DNA from: Phoronis australis
Taxonomy: Eukaryota; Animalia; Phoronida
Assembly (NCBI GenBank): GCA_002633005.1
Contig: NMRA01000082.1
Coordinates: 224,576 to 288,575, forward strand
DNA length: 64,000 nucleotides
Reading direction: 5' to 3'
Below, piece after piece: positions 29,150-43,700 of the stretch. The notes under the pieces are model-generated. The model saw nothing but the letters and a program-made list of their open reading frames with translations. It was not told the origin of the DNA and did not search any database. Each line of letters opens with the position of its first letter. The first letter of the stretch is position 1. The position numbers and the translations under genes were made by a program.

Positions 29150-32100
29150 ATGAACGTTGTTTTGGCAGAAAAGCTTTACATCTCGAAGATGATCGAGGAT
29201 GCCGGCCCTGGCATGAAGGTCCTATTGATGGACAAAGAAACTGTAAGTTTCACACACAGGGTAAAAAATTTGCCTTGTTTTTGTTGTGTTGTTGGAATCT
29301 GCAATGAGTCTAGAAACAAGGGCCACTCTTGTCACTCAATTTCTCTTTGATCTTCTAGTTTGCTTCTTCTTCTAGTTTTAGTATTGTTTTGTGTAACTAT
29401 CTCAAAGGTGTCAGTCATGAAAGTAATGAGGCTTTTTATAGTGTTTCGTTCTCTGTGCAGTTTTATTTTTCCTTCATTTTTTTGTTTTAGCAGTATTTTT
29501 CTAATACAACTTGTCTCTAACCTAAATCAAAAGTTCGCTTCGTAGTTGAATGCGGGTTTATAGACACTTTGACAGACTTGTCACAAATTTTTGTTTTCTT
29601 TTCCAGATCAGTATGGTCAGCATGGTGTATGCTCAGTCAGAAATTCTTCAAAAAGAGGTCTACCTATTTGAAAGAATCGACTCGGCAAGCCGAGAAAGCA
29701 TGCGACATCTGAAGTGTATTTGCTTTCTCCGACCAACCAGAGAAAATGTCGAGTTACTCTCCCTAGAGCTGCGACAGCCTCGCTATGGACTCTATTTCAT
29801 TTGTAAGACAAATTCTAGCGATTTCAGTCATTTTTATTTTGACAGATAATCAGTACTCTTTTAAGGGAGAAGCAGTTGAATGAAAAACAAATTGCGTCTC
29901 TGAATGCCTTGGTGTAGGGTTCTAAGCACATTGATCAACGAACTCAATTACACGTTGTATTTACCCAATGAACACCCATTCTCTTAAAAGTACCCTGTTT
30001 GCATTTTTGACGTGTCAGAACTAATGCACCGTCTCATTCTTGAGTAATTACTTATTTAATGATGGCTTCGTAACTGAAAGTGACCCTTTTGAATATGCTC
30101 ATGAATATGCTCTGTTTGTTGTTCACTGGTAAATGAATTAGTTGGGTTTTGGTGACTGAAACTCTCCAGAGATATGCACTCCTAAGGACAGATAAAAAGT
30201 CACAAAATTAGAAATTGGAAATTAGTCCATGTTCAAGCATGCACATTTAAAGGAGAACGTTTTGAAAATTCAGGAGTGGGTGTTCAGATAAATGTGGGCG
30301 TTAACCCTGACGTATACAGAATGATTTTTCTTAAATAATTACTCTTTATTTGACATTCACCAATTTAGAACACAAGCTGAGTATTGTCAGTCGCAATATA
30401 TCTCTAAATTATGAACATTTCACAACGTTCAGCCCTGTTTGGGTTTGCCTTATTTCACAAGTAATTTTTAAATGTTGTTTAAAAATGGGCGGGTTTCCAG
30501 GCAAACCTCATTACATATGGCAGCAGTTAAATGAGTACCCATAATGCACGAGTCAGCTGTCACTCACCATGGTGGCCAATATTAGTGGTGGTGCACTACC
30601 AAAAATAAAAGTTAAATTAAAAAATTTGTATTAAATTCAGTTATGTTTGAAAATATTTCAAGTTGTGTTGAATGAAAATTATTTGGATTTAAGTTTTGAC
30701 TGAACTAACTTACATTAAAATTCGGTTCTTGAAGTTGTTAATTAAAATGAAGATAAAAGAGACTTTATGTATGTTTTACTGTTGTCAGTCTGTTACTGTG
30801 GACGAGTTGTGTGTCTAATACAACGATTGGAAATAAATAATGATATTGGTGCAGATGTTTTAATTTCTTCTTAGTAGTCAGTAATAATTACTATAATTAC
30901 TAAAATTACAAATGGCTTTTACTTATTTGTTTCTTAAGATTTTAGTAACGTCATTAGCAAGCAAGACGTCAAGGTGTTGGCTGAGGCAGATGAATCTGAA
31001 GTCGTCCGGGAAGTACAAGAATTTTACGGTGACTACATCGCTGTCAGCCCACACTTATTCACTCTTGGACTGCACTCCATAACACAAGTGAGTATCGAGC
31101 TTCTTTCCACAGTTCATATTGTGTATGTTGGGGAGACAAAGATTGTGGCTGCTCTGGAGATAAGGTCTAAAGCTGCTATAACTCGACTTTTTCAAAAATC
31201 ATAACTTTTGACTTAGACCTTTTCTCATTACAAACATTTTTTTCTGGTCTGCACATCACCTAGGTAACGTGCCGAACAGATTAAAAATATTGTGATTTAT
31301 ATTTTCGCACCAGTTCAAGATTTACATATTGTTAATCTGTCATTGTCCGTCACTGTGCCTCATCTTAGGGTATAGTGTGCCAACATTTTGCGAACCAGTT
31401 CAATGCCCAGTAAAGAAAGCTGGTTCTCATAATGCAGGTGCGTTCTATCCGACTGTTACCTCAACTTATTGTCCCTTACTCGGGTTAGAAGTAATTTTTT
31501 AGGCTTGTGAAGAGCTGAGTGTTCTCTAAACATAGCGTAGAGTCACGTCTTTCCCAGTCCAGATGTCACTTCTAACCTGAGCAAGGGTCGAGTTAGGTCC
31601 AGTTTGTAGCTGCAATAAATGGTTGAAATCGAAAGTTAGTCTCTTTGGAAGGAAGTGTGCAGTGGCTTTAAATTAATGTTTGCACAGAATTTAATGTCTA
31701 TTGTGTTGTGGCAGTGAGGTAATTACCCTTCGATGAATGAGTCAGGCAGGAGTGACAAAGTTTTAGAGAGTGTCCTAGTGTTCCATAGGGGTCACCAAAT
31801 TTTGTAAAATGTCAGAAAAGGTCATTGAAAATGTGCAATTTGACACATTGTTGAAACTGAATTCCCGAATTTAATGCTCATATCATTCCCAGAAGACTTC
31901 TGGAAACTTTCTGTTGACAAAGTCATCTGAGTAAATGATAGTGCCCTTCACCAAATCTTGAAATTAAGCATTTTTACTCCTGCGTCCATTTCACTCAATT
32001 TCTCACCTTGTTAAAAATTGGACAGGTGAAGTGAACATTTTAGAGACAAACACCACAAATCCCTCAATTGTTTCATGTTTCAGGGCCCCAAAGCCTGGAT

Positions 32101-35100
32101 ACCGGATGCCTTGACCAGGAGTGTGGCAGGACTGACTGCTGTCCTCTTATCATTGAAAAAGTGTCCATTCATTCGCTACCAGAATTCGTCGGAGCTTGCT
32201 CGAAGACTGGCAGACACCGTGAAGGTTTGTTCATACGATTGCAAGGTTACAGCAAATATCTATAAAACTATAGATTTTAACTCTGTAAAAGTATCAAAAG
32301 TTTCTGAAAGTAGGAAGCCTGTAGAATTTGATTTTGACTTTTTACTATTCTGTGAACAATTGAATCACATGACCATGTCTTTTTTGTAAAATTAAGCAAA
32401 ATCTATAGTACATTCATTGTAAAACAATAACATGACCAAATTTTGTTGTTACGGTTTTCTAAATTATGACTTAGGTTTCGCTTTATTTTACTTTTGCGAT
32501 TTTTCATGAATTCCTAATATAACAATGCATGAAGCTTATTATCAGGAAATTTAACATGAATCCAGACGTCCATTTCTGAGATTTGGTGTTCCGAATTTGG
32601 CTAAATTTGGACATTTTTCCAGGGTCGTACTTAACCTTCAGCTCTGCCTACAAACATATTTGACTTAATGAGCGGCTGTCTTCTATGACTAGCGTGAGTG
32701 TGTAGGAGGTATTTTGACATGACTTTTCCATCTTAAAAGTCATGTGTGACGTGCTGTTTGTCATCGAGCACATTTAATTTTTCTCCGACTTTCATTTCAA
32801 GAGAAATCATATTCAGCAACCAGTCCACTGTCTACATATGACTTTACACTCCACCACAGTGACTCCTTGATTCTGTGGAATTTACCACAATCCCATGCAT
32901 TGGCAATGTCTCAAAAGCCATGCTAATTACTATTAATTTTGTAAAATTTATTGTGAAATTCTGTACTTAGTAGATGAAGTTGTATATTTGTTTTTAAGTA
33001 TTCCCATGTTCTGATATTTACTGATATCGAATTCACCCAAAAATTCAATTCTTGGGTGACTTTCATTAATTTTGTAATAGGTATTGATCATCATTTTCAT
33101 TTAATTTAGCACACTATATCAAGAGAAGCCGCCCTGTTTGACTTCCGACGCTCAGATGTTCCACCATTGCTGCTCATACTCGACCGACGAGATGACCCTG
33201 TGACCCCGCTGCTCAATCAGGTGTGTTTTGACAATACATTCTCATAAGGTAATGTAAGATTCTGAAAAAATGTCTAAATTTGACTAACTTTGAAACAATT
33301 CTCAGGATGGCTTAATTGGATCCATGTACTATGGTTTGTGGGCTGTTCCCTGAAATGATGTTGGGAAAGGTGTTTTTAAAATATTCCACTTTTGCATCTT
33401 GAGAATGAAGAAGTAAGAATCTAAAGTTGCCTAAAACGAAAATTAAGTGCTATTTTAGAGTGCTATAACAGTGTGCTTGTGATCTTGTTTTGAACATTTC
33501 TATGAAGTAAAATTTGGTCATGTTGTTGGTTGAGTTGCTTAGAAACATCAAAAATCACATTATACAGCCTTTCTACTTTCAGAATTATATACTTTCACTG
33601 AGCTGAAATCTATAGTTTAGTCATAGTATATAATAGTATAACAATTGCTATTTTTGTGATTATAATTGTAATATATATAAAAAATTGTAATTTTATTCAG
33701 TACAGTTACTATTATCATAAGTGATCATAATTGCTTTGTTATGGGACTATGCATGACGGTGCACTAATCACTAACACATATCAACAGTGGACGTATCAGG
33801 CGATGGTGCACGAACTGCTGGAGATTAACAACAACAGAATCAACCTGTCCGGAGTGCCGGGAATATCACGTGACCTCCAGGAGGTGGTGCTGTCCTCGGA
33901 GCATGACGAGTTTTACGCCAACGTGAGTTAAGACTATAACCCTTGTATTTAGTTTAGGTCACTTGCCTGCTTTTACATTTCAACTAGTGTTATTGTTTCA
34001 GTTTCTGCCACAAGATGAACTACAATTGTTCAGTAAAATCTCGACACCAATTTCAGACAAAAATAATCTCCAAACTGCAATATTTTGTTTTTCAAGAGCT
34101 TCTAACGTTGTTGTGAATGCTAAAAATGTTTTTAGAATATCCTCAGTTGGTAGCTATGGTACGGAATTTACAAAGCATCATTCTGGTGCTGTATGTCATT
34201 ACTCAAAAAGTTAGAAGATAAATATCACTTGTTCGCCCTATTGTGTCCCAAATTGGTAAGATTTTACCGTAGGAATTGAATTCTAAAAGCGTACCAACGA
34301 ATGTGCTCTAGGAAATGCAAAGTGTCAAGCACATTGCTTTGTATCAAACTTTTCATAATTTAACATTCCAAGCAGCCATCCATTTTCTTTCCATCGGTGG
34401 CCATATTGACATAGTTAAGCCTTGTAAAGCTTTCTGTTTACTTACGCAATCTTCGGCTATACTAGCATGGTCGTTTGAAAATCACCATACTTGCAAGTTA
34501 CTCTGTCTATTGAATCCTCAGCTTAGCACAAAGTTTAAATCTTCTGCTAAGCCAAGGGTTTTTAATCGAGAAGTGCTCTCAGGGAGAGGGGGGTTCTGAG
34601 GTCACCAGCTGCTGGGGTTGTGAGGTCACCAGCTGCAGGTGTGGGTGTCAACCAGGCCAACACAACTTCAATTCTTATGACGTGCTTAAAGTTCACTTGA
34701 ATCCCAGCACTTAGATGACAAGGATTGCTAGTTATTTTGATCATTTGGCCTTTTAGAACCTGTACTGTAACTTTGGTGAGATTGGTAGCAACATAAAGGA
34801 CTTGATGGACGCCTTCCAGAAGAAACAACAGAGTCAGGCCAAGGTGGAATCTATAGCAGACATGAAGGTACGGTAATCATTCACTTATTTTGGCTAAATG
34901 CAAAAATTGTCTTTCTTTGAAAGCTGATTTGTCTTTCTTCAAGTTATGGGAACTTTGCAATATCGTCATTTTATGTTGTACAAATTAACTAAAGCTGATT
35001 TTAGACCTAAAATTTGTTAATCTTTATTTTGTTAAGAAATTTGATATTAAAAATGAATTTTCTCATCATCATCTTATTGTGTGCTAAATTGGTGAAGAAT

Positions 35101-38100
35101 TATGTTTAGTGTAGAAGAGGACAACTGACAACAACGCAGTAGCAGCAACGACGACAATTCCAACATCGCGAAATCATTCCTCTTTATTTTCGTAGGCAGA
35201 AAAACGCAGCTTTTTGGTCAGTCGACCCATGCATGCAAGAGAAACTGATGTTCAAGGCAATTCCCATAAAGCCTTCCTTGAATGATAACATATTTTGAGC
35301 ATCACTCTGATTAGTTCAAAAATGCAATAAATTTCCAAATGTAATGAATGGTTAGCTTGTTGACTTGCAGTCATCTACATGAACGCGACAATCCCTGTAA
35401 TGGTGTTCTATTTAATACAACTATTTCCTGCAGTTCATTCTTTGTTCTATGTTCTTGCAGTGATGCAATATGACGCTAGAAAAAGTTATTTCCCTTCTCA
35501 GTTATGAACCCATGTTTGAGTGATTTGATCGTGTTTTCTTATATGTTACCACTCAGGTGTTGCTATGGCCACCTGGATAACCCAGTACATTAATTTTGTA
35601 ATAAACAAAAAAATTTGTTCAAGGAATGTAATACCAACATTTATTTTGTGTTCATGAGTAATTGTGTCTGACACTTTCAGTGACAAGGTGTTATGATTTT
35701 ACTGTACCTTATTATGTCTTGCAGTCGTTCATAGAAAATTACCCACAGTTCAAAAAAATGAGTGGCACTGTGGCCAAGCACGTGACGGTTGTCGGTGAGC
35801 TGTCTCGCCTTGTGGGGGCGCATAAGTTGTTGGAAGTCTCGGAGACAGAACAAGAGTTAGTGTGTCAGGGGGACCACTCTCAGGCACTGCAGGTATTGTG
35901 TGTTAGTGAGCTGATCTTTGTGCAGTTCCTCACCTGCTGAATTATATGTCAGGGTGATGACTCTCCCTTACACCTCTCAATTTCAGAGGAATTGTAGAGC
36001 AAAATGCCATAGGCAATCATGACAGTTATATTTTTTCCGATTTACTTCATACTGTACTTAGTCCTTGCTTTCAAATTGCAAGTTTTTATTTAATATTTTC
36101 CAGAAAATCAAAAGTCTTCTGATGGACCCGAAGGTGCGAGAGTGCGACAAACTGCGCCTTGTGATCCTGTACGCCCTACGCTATGAACAGCATAGCAACA
36201 ACGATACATCTGCCCTTGTCGACGCATTGGCGCGGTCTGGAGTCAGTGACAAGCAGAGACGGGTGAGTCACTGTTAAAGTGTCAGTAAACCACCTTCTGT
36301 TACAAGTAAAAACTTTAAATTTTTAACACTTGCCAGTTTGAAATTGGTCTAAAATTATTTCTTAGTCAAATTGGAGATGACTTCAGGGCTTCCGAATAAC
36401 CGACATTTTGTTATTGCTCAAGACTGGGCTCTACAAGTTGGGTTCTCACGGCGTGCGTTTCTTGTGCCAAGTATATCCTCAATGAATAACAAACTGTTCT
36501 TTGCACATCCAGAAATCACTTCTTGTTGGGAGTAAAAATGAAATTGAGACCAGTTTTATAGCGGTAAGTGACCTAAATCAAAAGTTCGCTTTTTGGAGGA
36601 AGTGTGGGCTTATAGCCACTTAAAAACATTTAGTTAACGATTTTTCCTAATGAGAGAATATTATTGTGAAGAATTATAATCTTATGCATAAATTATGTAA
36701 AATTATTACCAGAGCAGAGGAAACTGTTTGAACAACGTATTGAGACTTGGTTATTAAAGACTTTTCAGTCTAAAATGTATGGAAGTTGCTTAGCAACACG
36801 AAGCAGAAAACTTTTCTTGACTGTTTTGGGCACAGTATGGAACACTTTAGGCTAACTGAATGATATGGTCATCTAGTGATGGCACGTGATATGTTGGTGA
36901 TAAAAAAATGAGATAACGCAATGTGACGTCCTAGGAATAGTTTGTGTTCTGGGCACACTCACAATCTATGCCTTACTGAGTCTGAGCAGTTTATCTTGAA
37001 GGTGAACCTACTGTTTTATGGTTCATTTCAGACCACACATACTCAAAATGTTTTCAAATAAAATGTACTTTGTTGAATGGCCTGCTCAGATGTCATCAAT
37101 GTCTTTGTAAATTCTGTAAAAAATTATTTTACCGTAATCTCTTTCAGCTGGTCTCAGCAGTTTTGGATTACGCTGGTGTCCGAGTACGAGGCAGTGACCT
37201 GTTTGGTGTGAAGAATCCTATCTCTTTCACTAAAAAGTTCTTAAAAGGCCTGAAGGTATTGTTCAAGTTATGACATCTAAAGAATATTTGGTGTTATCAT
37301 TTGTGTGTGAATTAAGTGTGAATTCTGAGGAATGGTTGTGGTGAACAAATTTTCTACTTACACTTCCACAACGCCCATGATGCGTGTTTGCAAGAAAAGT
37401 ACAGCGATCATTGGACCATGATAATATAATGCATCTCAAAAATGTTTGACAGAGATGTGTTCATTTTCAACTCTCCTGTAGTTTAGTGGATAAGCTCTCT
37501 AAGTTTGACATTTCACTATGTTGCCACCAGATGTCACTTTTAATTGATGATATTTGACTTCTTTCCAGGGTGTTGAGAATGTTTACACTCAGCACACGCC
37601 CCTTCTGCAGGAAATCATTGATGATTTGGTCAAGGGCAAACTGAAGGAGGCGGCCTATCCATATATGGGCACAAGTCAGTTACGTGACAGGTCAGGTCAC
37701 ATGTTACTTACTAATGAGTAAACGTTTTAAAAATATGTTTTGTTAGGCGAGTGTAAAAAATATTACATTACTGCCATGCACTGCCACAGATAAACATTTG
37801 ATGAATCTGGGCCTACAAGAATATTTTTGAAGTTGCCAAGATAAGTTGTTCACCGTGGTTATGGATTGCTAAGTTTTTAGTGTGTTGGTGCTGTCAAATC
37901 TTATAAACAACATGCTATTACATACGAGGTCTTTTATGCTATTCTGTAGTGTCAAACATTTGCCTTATGTGACCTGTTTTAAGTATTACTTACATCTTGC
38001 TTGCTTTAAAATGAATTTTTCCTGTCAAATCAGATTTTGCATTACCAATTGTCCGATTACAGGCAAGTTTTGAATGGTGTGAATATTCTATTTATCAATT

Positions 38101-38862
38101 GGAATGGCTCTTTATTCCAGGCCTCAGGATATTATAGTCTTCATTGCTGGAGGTACAACCTACGAGGAGGCGTTGGCCATCCACAACTTAAACAAGACCA
38201 CTCCTGGAGTGCGGATAGTGTTGGGTGGAACACACATCCTCAACTCTAAGAGGTGAGTAGGGACGACATGTGTAGTCGTGAGATGACACCCGAGCAGACG
38301 AATGATTTTTGATGCTGTTTGGTTTCACAATAAATAACTGGTTCTTGGAAAATGGATAAAAAATGATTTTGTGAGAATCTGCAATTTTTTTCTCCAGAAT
38401 TTTTCTCATGCCGGTATCAAATCAACACTTGATTGTTTTTGTCTACAACAATTCTGGTGACATTTGTTGGCTAATTTTAAACTTTTTAATTCCTCATTGT
38501 TTACTTTCGCTATACTTTGAAACTTATTGAAGATAGGATTTCATTTTTTGTTTTTGAAAGCTATACAATTATATGAGGACATGGAAGCTGGTTATGTTAT
38601 CCTTTTGCAGGATCTCATACACACCGTCAAAACGTTTCAGAGAACTACACTGTCTTGTGCAAAACTAAAAACATAATAGTTTGTGGTAACCGCTTTCTAA
38701 GATTTGGGGCATTGGTACTACAAGCTGTTGAAAACGGCTTTGTTGAGAAAATGAACTTCATGACAATTTTGTGCTCTTTTGCATTTCAGTTTTCTCGAAG
38801 AAATTAGTCGAACCATGCAGAGTTCATTGCCAACATCACGGAACCGTGGGAGATACAGTTGA
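29150..38862 (+). CDS. VPS45: Vacuolar protein sorting-associated protein 45 (Sec1/Munc18 family), ~565 aa, 13 exons
   Basis: Exons 29150-29242, 29607-29802, 30939-31087, 32084-32224, 33110-33220, 33788-33922, 34757-34867, 35725-35892, 36104-36262, 37148-37255, 37569-37690, 38121-38252, 38790-38862 total 1698 nt in frame. Motifs: [86 protein letters not shown]. Confidence 0.97.
31368..31587. repeat. Hairpin repeat family copy plus an adjacent second hairpin (CCCTTACTCGGGTTAGAAGT...ACTTCTAACCTGAGCAAGGG)
   Basis: Core at 31385-31432; second inverted repeat at 31472-31587. Confidence 0.65.
36541..36622 (+). repeat. Short dispersed repeat; related fragments at ~10669-10725, ~16535-16590, ~29518-29572, ~56301-56380
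   Basis: Shared motifs AACAAGTTGAGACCAGTTT(T)ATAGCGGTAA and ACCTAAATCAAAAGTTCGCTT. Confidence 0.55.
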
Positions 38863-40703
38863 ATTAAGGCACCACAACGAGGCTAGCTTTATGGCACTGA
38901 ATATCTCGAGTCGTCATGTTTTCAGTAACACTAGACGGCTTAGTATTTCCTGGTGTACTTACTGCAGCTGTTGACGAACTTATGTCCAGAGATTCTGTTA
39001 ATTTACTGTAATCGAGGATTTCAGATTTGTGACCCAAATTGCTGCAAGAATTGCAATGGATGGTTCTGGCCAATATAGGCAATGCGTACCACAGCTAATG
39101 TTGGTAATCCTTGCAAACGCAATGCCCATGTGCTGCGAGATTGAAAGATGCTGTGACTGGGTTAAATTATTGAATTTCTAGGAAAAGCATCTTTTGATTG
39201 TGCTTTTGGTGTGTTGCAGATATTTCAAATGGTTTAAATTGGAGTTTGGGTTTTACAGTAGTTTTCAGTAAAGTTAATGAATTTCTTCTCCAAAGGCAGC
39301 GAAATTTTGATGCATGAATTTCTAGCTAATTTTAATCAATTTGTCTTTTTTCCTTCCAAGTTTCTGCCATAATTTAAATGAAGACAGTCGTATATCTATG
39401 AAACTCGTTCTTGGCTTTTTTCAAAAACTACTGTAATGCAGGTCAACTGACCATCCCTGTCGATTGAAAACTGAGCTTTACTCTTTCTTCTCAAGTAAAC
39501 TTAGTAAGTACTGGTATGTACTTAAGTCTTATAGCGGCGTAGTTTAAAATAACTGTACATGTAGTTGTGAAGTTCGACTATTAGTTACATTATATGAAGG
39601 CCTGTATTTGAGGACAGATTCCATCATGCTAACTCTTTCCGCTGTTAATTCATCACTCGTCAACATGCCGTGGTTTTTACATAAGAATGACATTACCTTG
39701 TCAAACACTTCTAGTATAATTAAAACTATGATGGAAATGGAAAAGAAACTGGAAGAAACATCATACTAAGGAGTAAAATGTTTGCAGTGAAATTCCTGCA
39801 GATTTTGACAAAACTTCGACAAATTTTGTTTCTTTTAAGAAAACTGCAGTTAACCCCAAGTGCTAGTGTTGTGTATGTACAACGTTACTTCAATGGTCAT
39901 AACTGTTCTTCCCCAGCAAAGTAAACTATTCCTTATGCATGGTGGAAAATATTTGTCCATGTTTGGAGTGTAAAGTGTTCAGAAAATAGACGTTAGGAAA
40001 AGTCTGCTATAGTCTTCTAAATGCTTGTAAAGCTGTCTAATATAATTGTAAAATGTTTTAATGTGTACATGTGCAATATACAATGACCATAACATGGTAA
40101 AATTTGTCAATCCCTTATATCTCACAAGATATTAGTTTACAAACATCAAAGTTGTTTTGGAACATTCCAGCCTGTCTTTTAACCCGTTGATGAAACGAGT
40201 GAATCGAGTGCAACCTCCATCTACAACATTCCTCCTCAGTCTGGAAACATTTGGTTGGTACCAACCACATTTTCCCCGTTTTTGAAGTCATACTGATAAC
40301 TACCTTCATGAGACGGGACCTTCACAGTCACAAAGATTAGCCTTTGTTCCAGTATGGAAACAGTTCGGTGACTAGTTCCATACTCTGCCATTGTGAGTGC
40401 CACATCTATTGCCATAGTGTTCAAAGTGTCTGGACATTGATTTTGCGGACTGGCCATAGGTACCTGTGGTTTGGGGTCTTGTCACAAGACTTGATGTCCA
40501 AGATTCAAACTTGGAGGTCCGTACAATCAGTTGCAAGTTGTAGTAAGTCACGACATGATGTGTCGGATTTACAGCCACAGAGTACTGACACTGCACCATT
40601 TCTCAACCCCGACACTTAAGACCACCAATGAGATAAGTGGACACCAAAATGGTAGCTGATATCAACATCACCTGAGTGATGTACTGCACAAGACTCGTCA
40701 CGG

Positions 40704-43700
40704 TCAGAATTTTACAACTTTACGCTTTTTAGCTCCACCCACTTCATGAGAAGCTTTTCTTTTTACAAGGCTCGGGTCATCGTCTGCGCTCTTGACATCC
40801 GATAACCGATCCACTGTCACATCGGGTACACCTGTGAAAAAGCACAAAGTTAAGAGAAATTCTTGGATCAACACGAATCCACTGAAAACTCATTTAAATA
40901 CTTCCATGCAAATGAAAAGTCAGAATTTATAAGGTGTAGCAAGGATTCTTCCTGGTAAATGTGATATAATGTTCATTTTTGCAAAAACTTAAACAATATT
41001 TTAAACACAGGTGTCTTTTGAGACTCTACATAATGTGTGCACAACACACAGTATTTGAAAAAAATACCCACAACCCATTCTTACAAAAACCAATGGACTG
41101 TCATAGCAAACAGTGAATTTCAAAAATTCTCTTCATACTTCTAATCATTCATCTTTTGCTCTCTCCCTCTAGCTGTTTAATCATAAAACATCAGCGTGGA
41201 TTCAGGTTTTTTCAAGTTTTCTTTTAGTTCAGGAAAATTCTTGAACAGTGTCTGACAAATTCTACATACTTTTCACCAAGGACCAACTGCACATCAGCTA
41301 TTCACTTGATAACTCGTGCAGACATCGCGTTGCCATGGCTACCACTGGCATACAAGAACCAGTTATCCAATGGATAACTTTATGTTACCAAACGCAGGTT
41401 TGAGTAACGTCAAAACGAAGTGATTGTAGTTTCAGAAAACTTGCCACAACCCCAGCACAGACCAGTCTGCTTACCCTGCTGTTTGAGCAGACGGGGACAG
41501 TCCTTCTTGAAATGCTCCACAGACCCACACATCTTACAGCAACCACCTTTTCAAAGAGAATAGATTCCGTGATAGTCAATATACATGCGTGTAGAATACC
41601 GTAACTAAATCTTCAATTATTTCGCACTAAATCAATTGTCGAAGTTGTCACCTTTCCATTTTTCAAAGGCAAATAACTTTGCTACAAATGATGGAAAGTT
41701 CACCAAATGTTGTTTTTTTGGCATGCTTGAGATGGCCTCAATTTTTCTTAATCTTCACTTTTGTGTACAAATTTGACAAAATAGAATTTCACTTGTTGGC
41801 CATAGTGTGCACTAAATAAGTAGAGAATTATTGTATACGCACAATGAAAATCCTGATTCACTATAATGCTTCCAGAATCGTTCCATACTTTGTGAGTCTA
41901 TAACTCACTTAAAATTTGTGAAACAGTGTATATGCAAGGCTAGTGTTAGGACATTATTTCGAAGTTAAGAAAGATAAATAATCAAAATAATCAATGTTGT
42001 AAGTTTAATGAATTTTGTCTTAAAAGACTAGAGCCCTGTTCCAAGAAACTGACTTAAGTTCATTTTTTACTTAAGTTTAAGATTTGTCTTAAATTCCAAA
42101 CTTTGAAACTTCCCCATTCGGTAAGTTAGTCAAAATTAAGACAAAACTTATGTCACACATTTAAGTCGAACTTTAGATCTCTTTCTTGAATTGGTTTTGA
42201 GACAAACTTATTAACTTGTATTTTAAAATTTGCTAAAATTTAAGATTTGTCTTAGTTAAAGTCTGTTTTGTTGGAACGGGTCCTAGGTATATTCAGATGT
42301 ATGTGCACAAAATTAATAGAACGTTACCGAGCGGGGTTCATAAAAACGGGAAGATTACAAGACTTTAGTAACGAGAAACCCGATGCAGAGGGATTCTCTT
42401 CAGGCTTAATCAGGTGATTAATGCAATGAGCTCAACTGTGTGGCTTAAGCACGTCTAGTGCACTGCAGAAGGCACAAGGCGTCTCCCTATTATTTTTAAC
42501 GGTGTTCATAATACTTCAACCTGATCTTCACATGACCTATCAGTCCCAGCTGTGAATAAGAAAAAACTAAACAGTTTTTCACGATAAATTAACAAATATG
42601 CAATACACCGTTATAAATCAGGACTCACACAAATAGCTAGCCGTAACTGCGACATATTTCCCATCCTAACCTGACACTGACCTCGGAACCCTCTGGCAAC
42701 TGCATAAACAGTGCTTTCAAAAGATAGCAAATGTTATCTCGAATGAAACAAAACTACACATCCTAGCTGAAATGTAGACAAAATATTAACAAAATTTCAC
42801 TCCAAGTTGATAATAGACTTCAGCTTTTCATGGTACTGTTTAATCACATAGATTTTAGATGCTGGAGTATTCTACACAGTGTCAGACGCGGGTATGGTAA
42901 TGGTTCCTCAAATTCAAACAAAAACAATGGCGGCCAAAATTGTCATATTTTGTACAAACTCCCACTGTGTTGCCATGAAAAAGGTTTATAATTTCACCTC
43001 GAGTTTGTTGATGACAGCGGTATGATATAAATTTTTCAAATAATCAAGTAAAATTGTCTCGTAAAATTTCTCTTGTTGAAAACAGATAAAATAAAATGTC
43101 CACTGTTCCGCCATATCTTGTTCTAACTTGAAGAAACTTTTAACGTGATAAGAACTACAGTACCTGCAAGATCTTACACTCACCATTTGGATAGAGCCCT
43201 CTGGGATTATCAGGACACTGTTTGGTAATGTGTCCCATTTCACCACACACAAAACACTTGGCAAATGGATAGGTACCTGGTTAGGAGATGACGGCTATCA
43301 ATAATGACATAATTAAAATGATTTGGTGAACACCACTTTATATATTCATAACAAAAATGCACAAAAACTATTCTGAGACTTTGCTTTCGCCTCTATATTT
43401 TGTTTCTGAACCTAAAAATGTAAAACTTACTATTAATACTATTAAATGACCACACGCACCTCATTAGCATGACAATCAAACAAATGAGGTGACATTATTT
43501 TCAGATTTTGACACCCACACAAGAGTTCAAAGTTGAATGTGTTTTTGTCATACCAATGCAACTTGACTGTCACAAGCGCCAAGTTCACAACACGTGCACA
43601 TCCATCGGCCGCACAAAATTGTTGAAGGACGTTCCGATGACGCCATCTTCTTGCAATCATAGCGGCACAACAGTCTAGCGGGGACTGGAAAACTGTGATG

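Noticed and set aside
40115-40619. Cluster of overlapping short ORFs between VPS45 and ZCCHC9
   Set aside because: Probably 3'UTR sequence; the peptides have no recognisable motifs.
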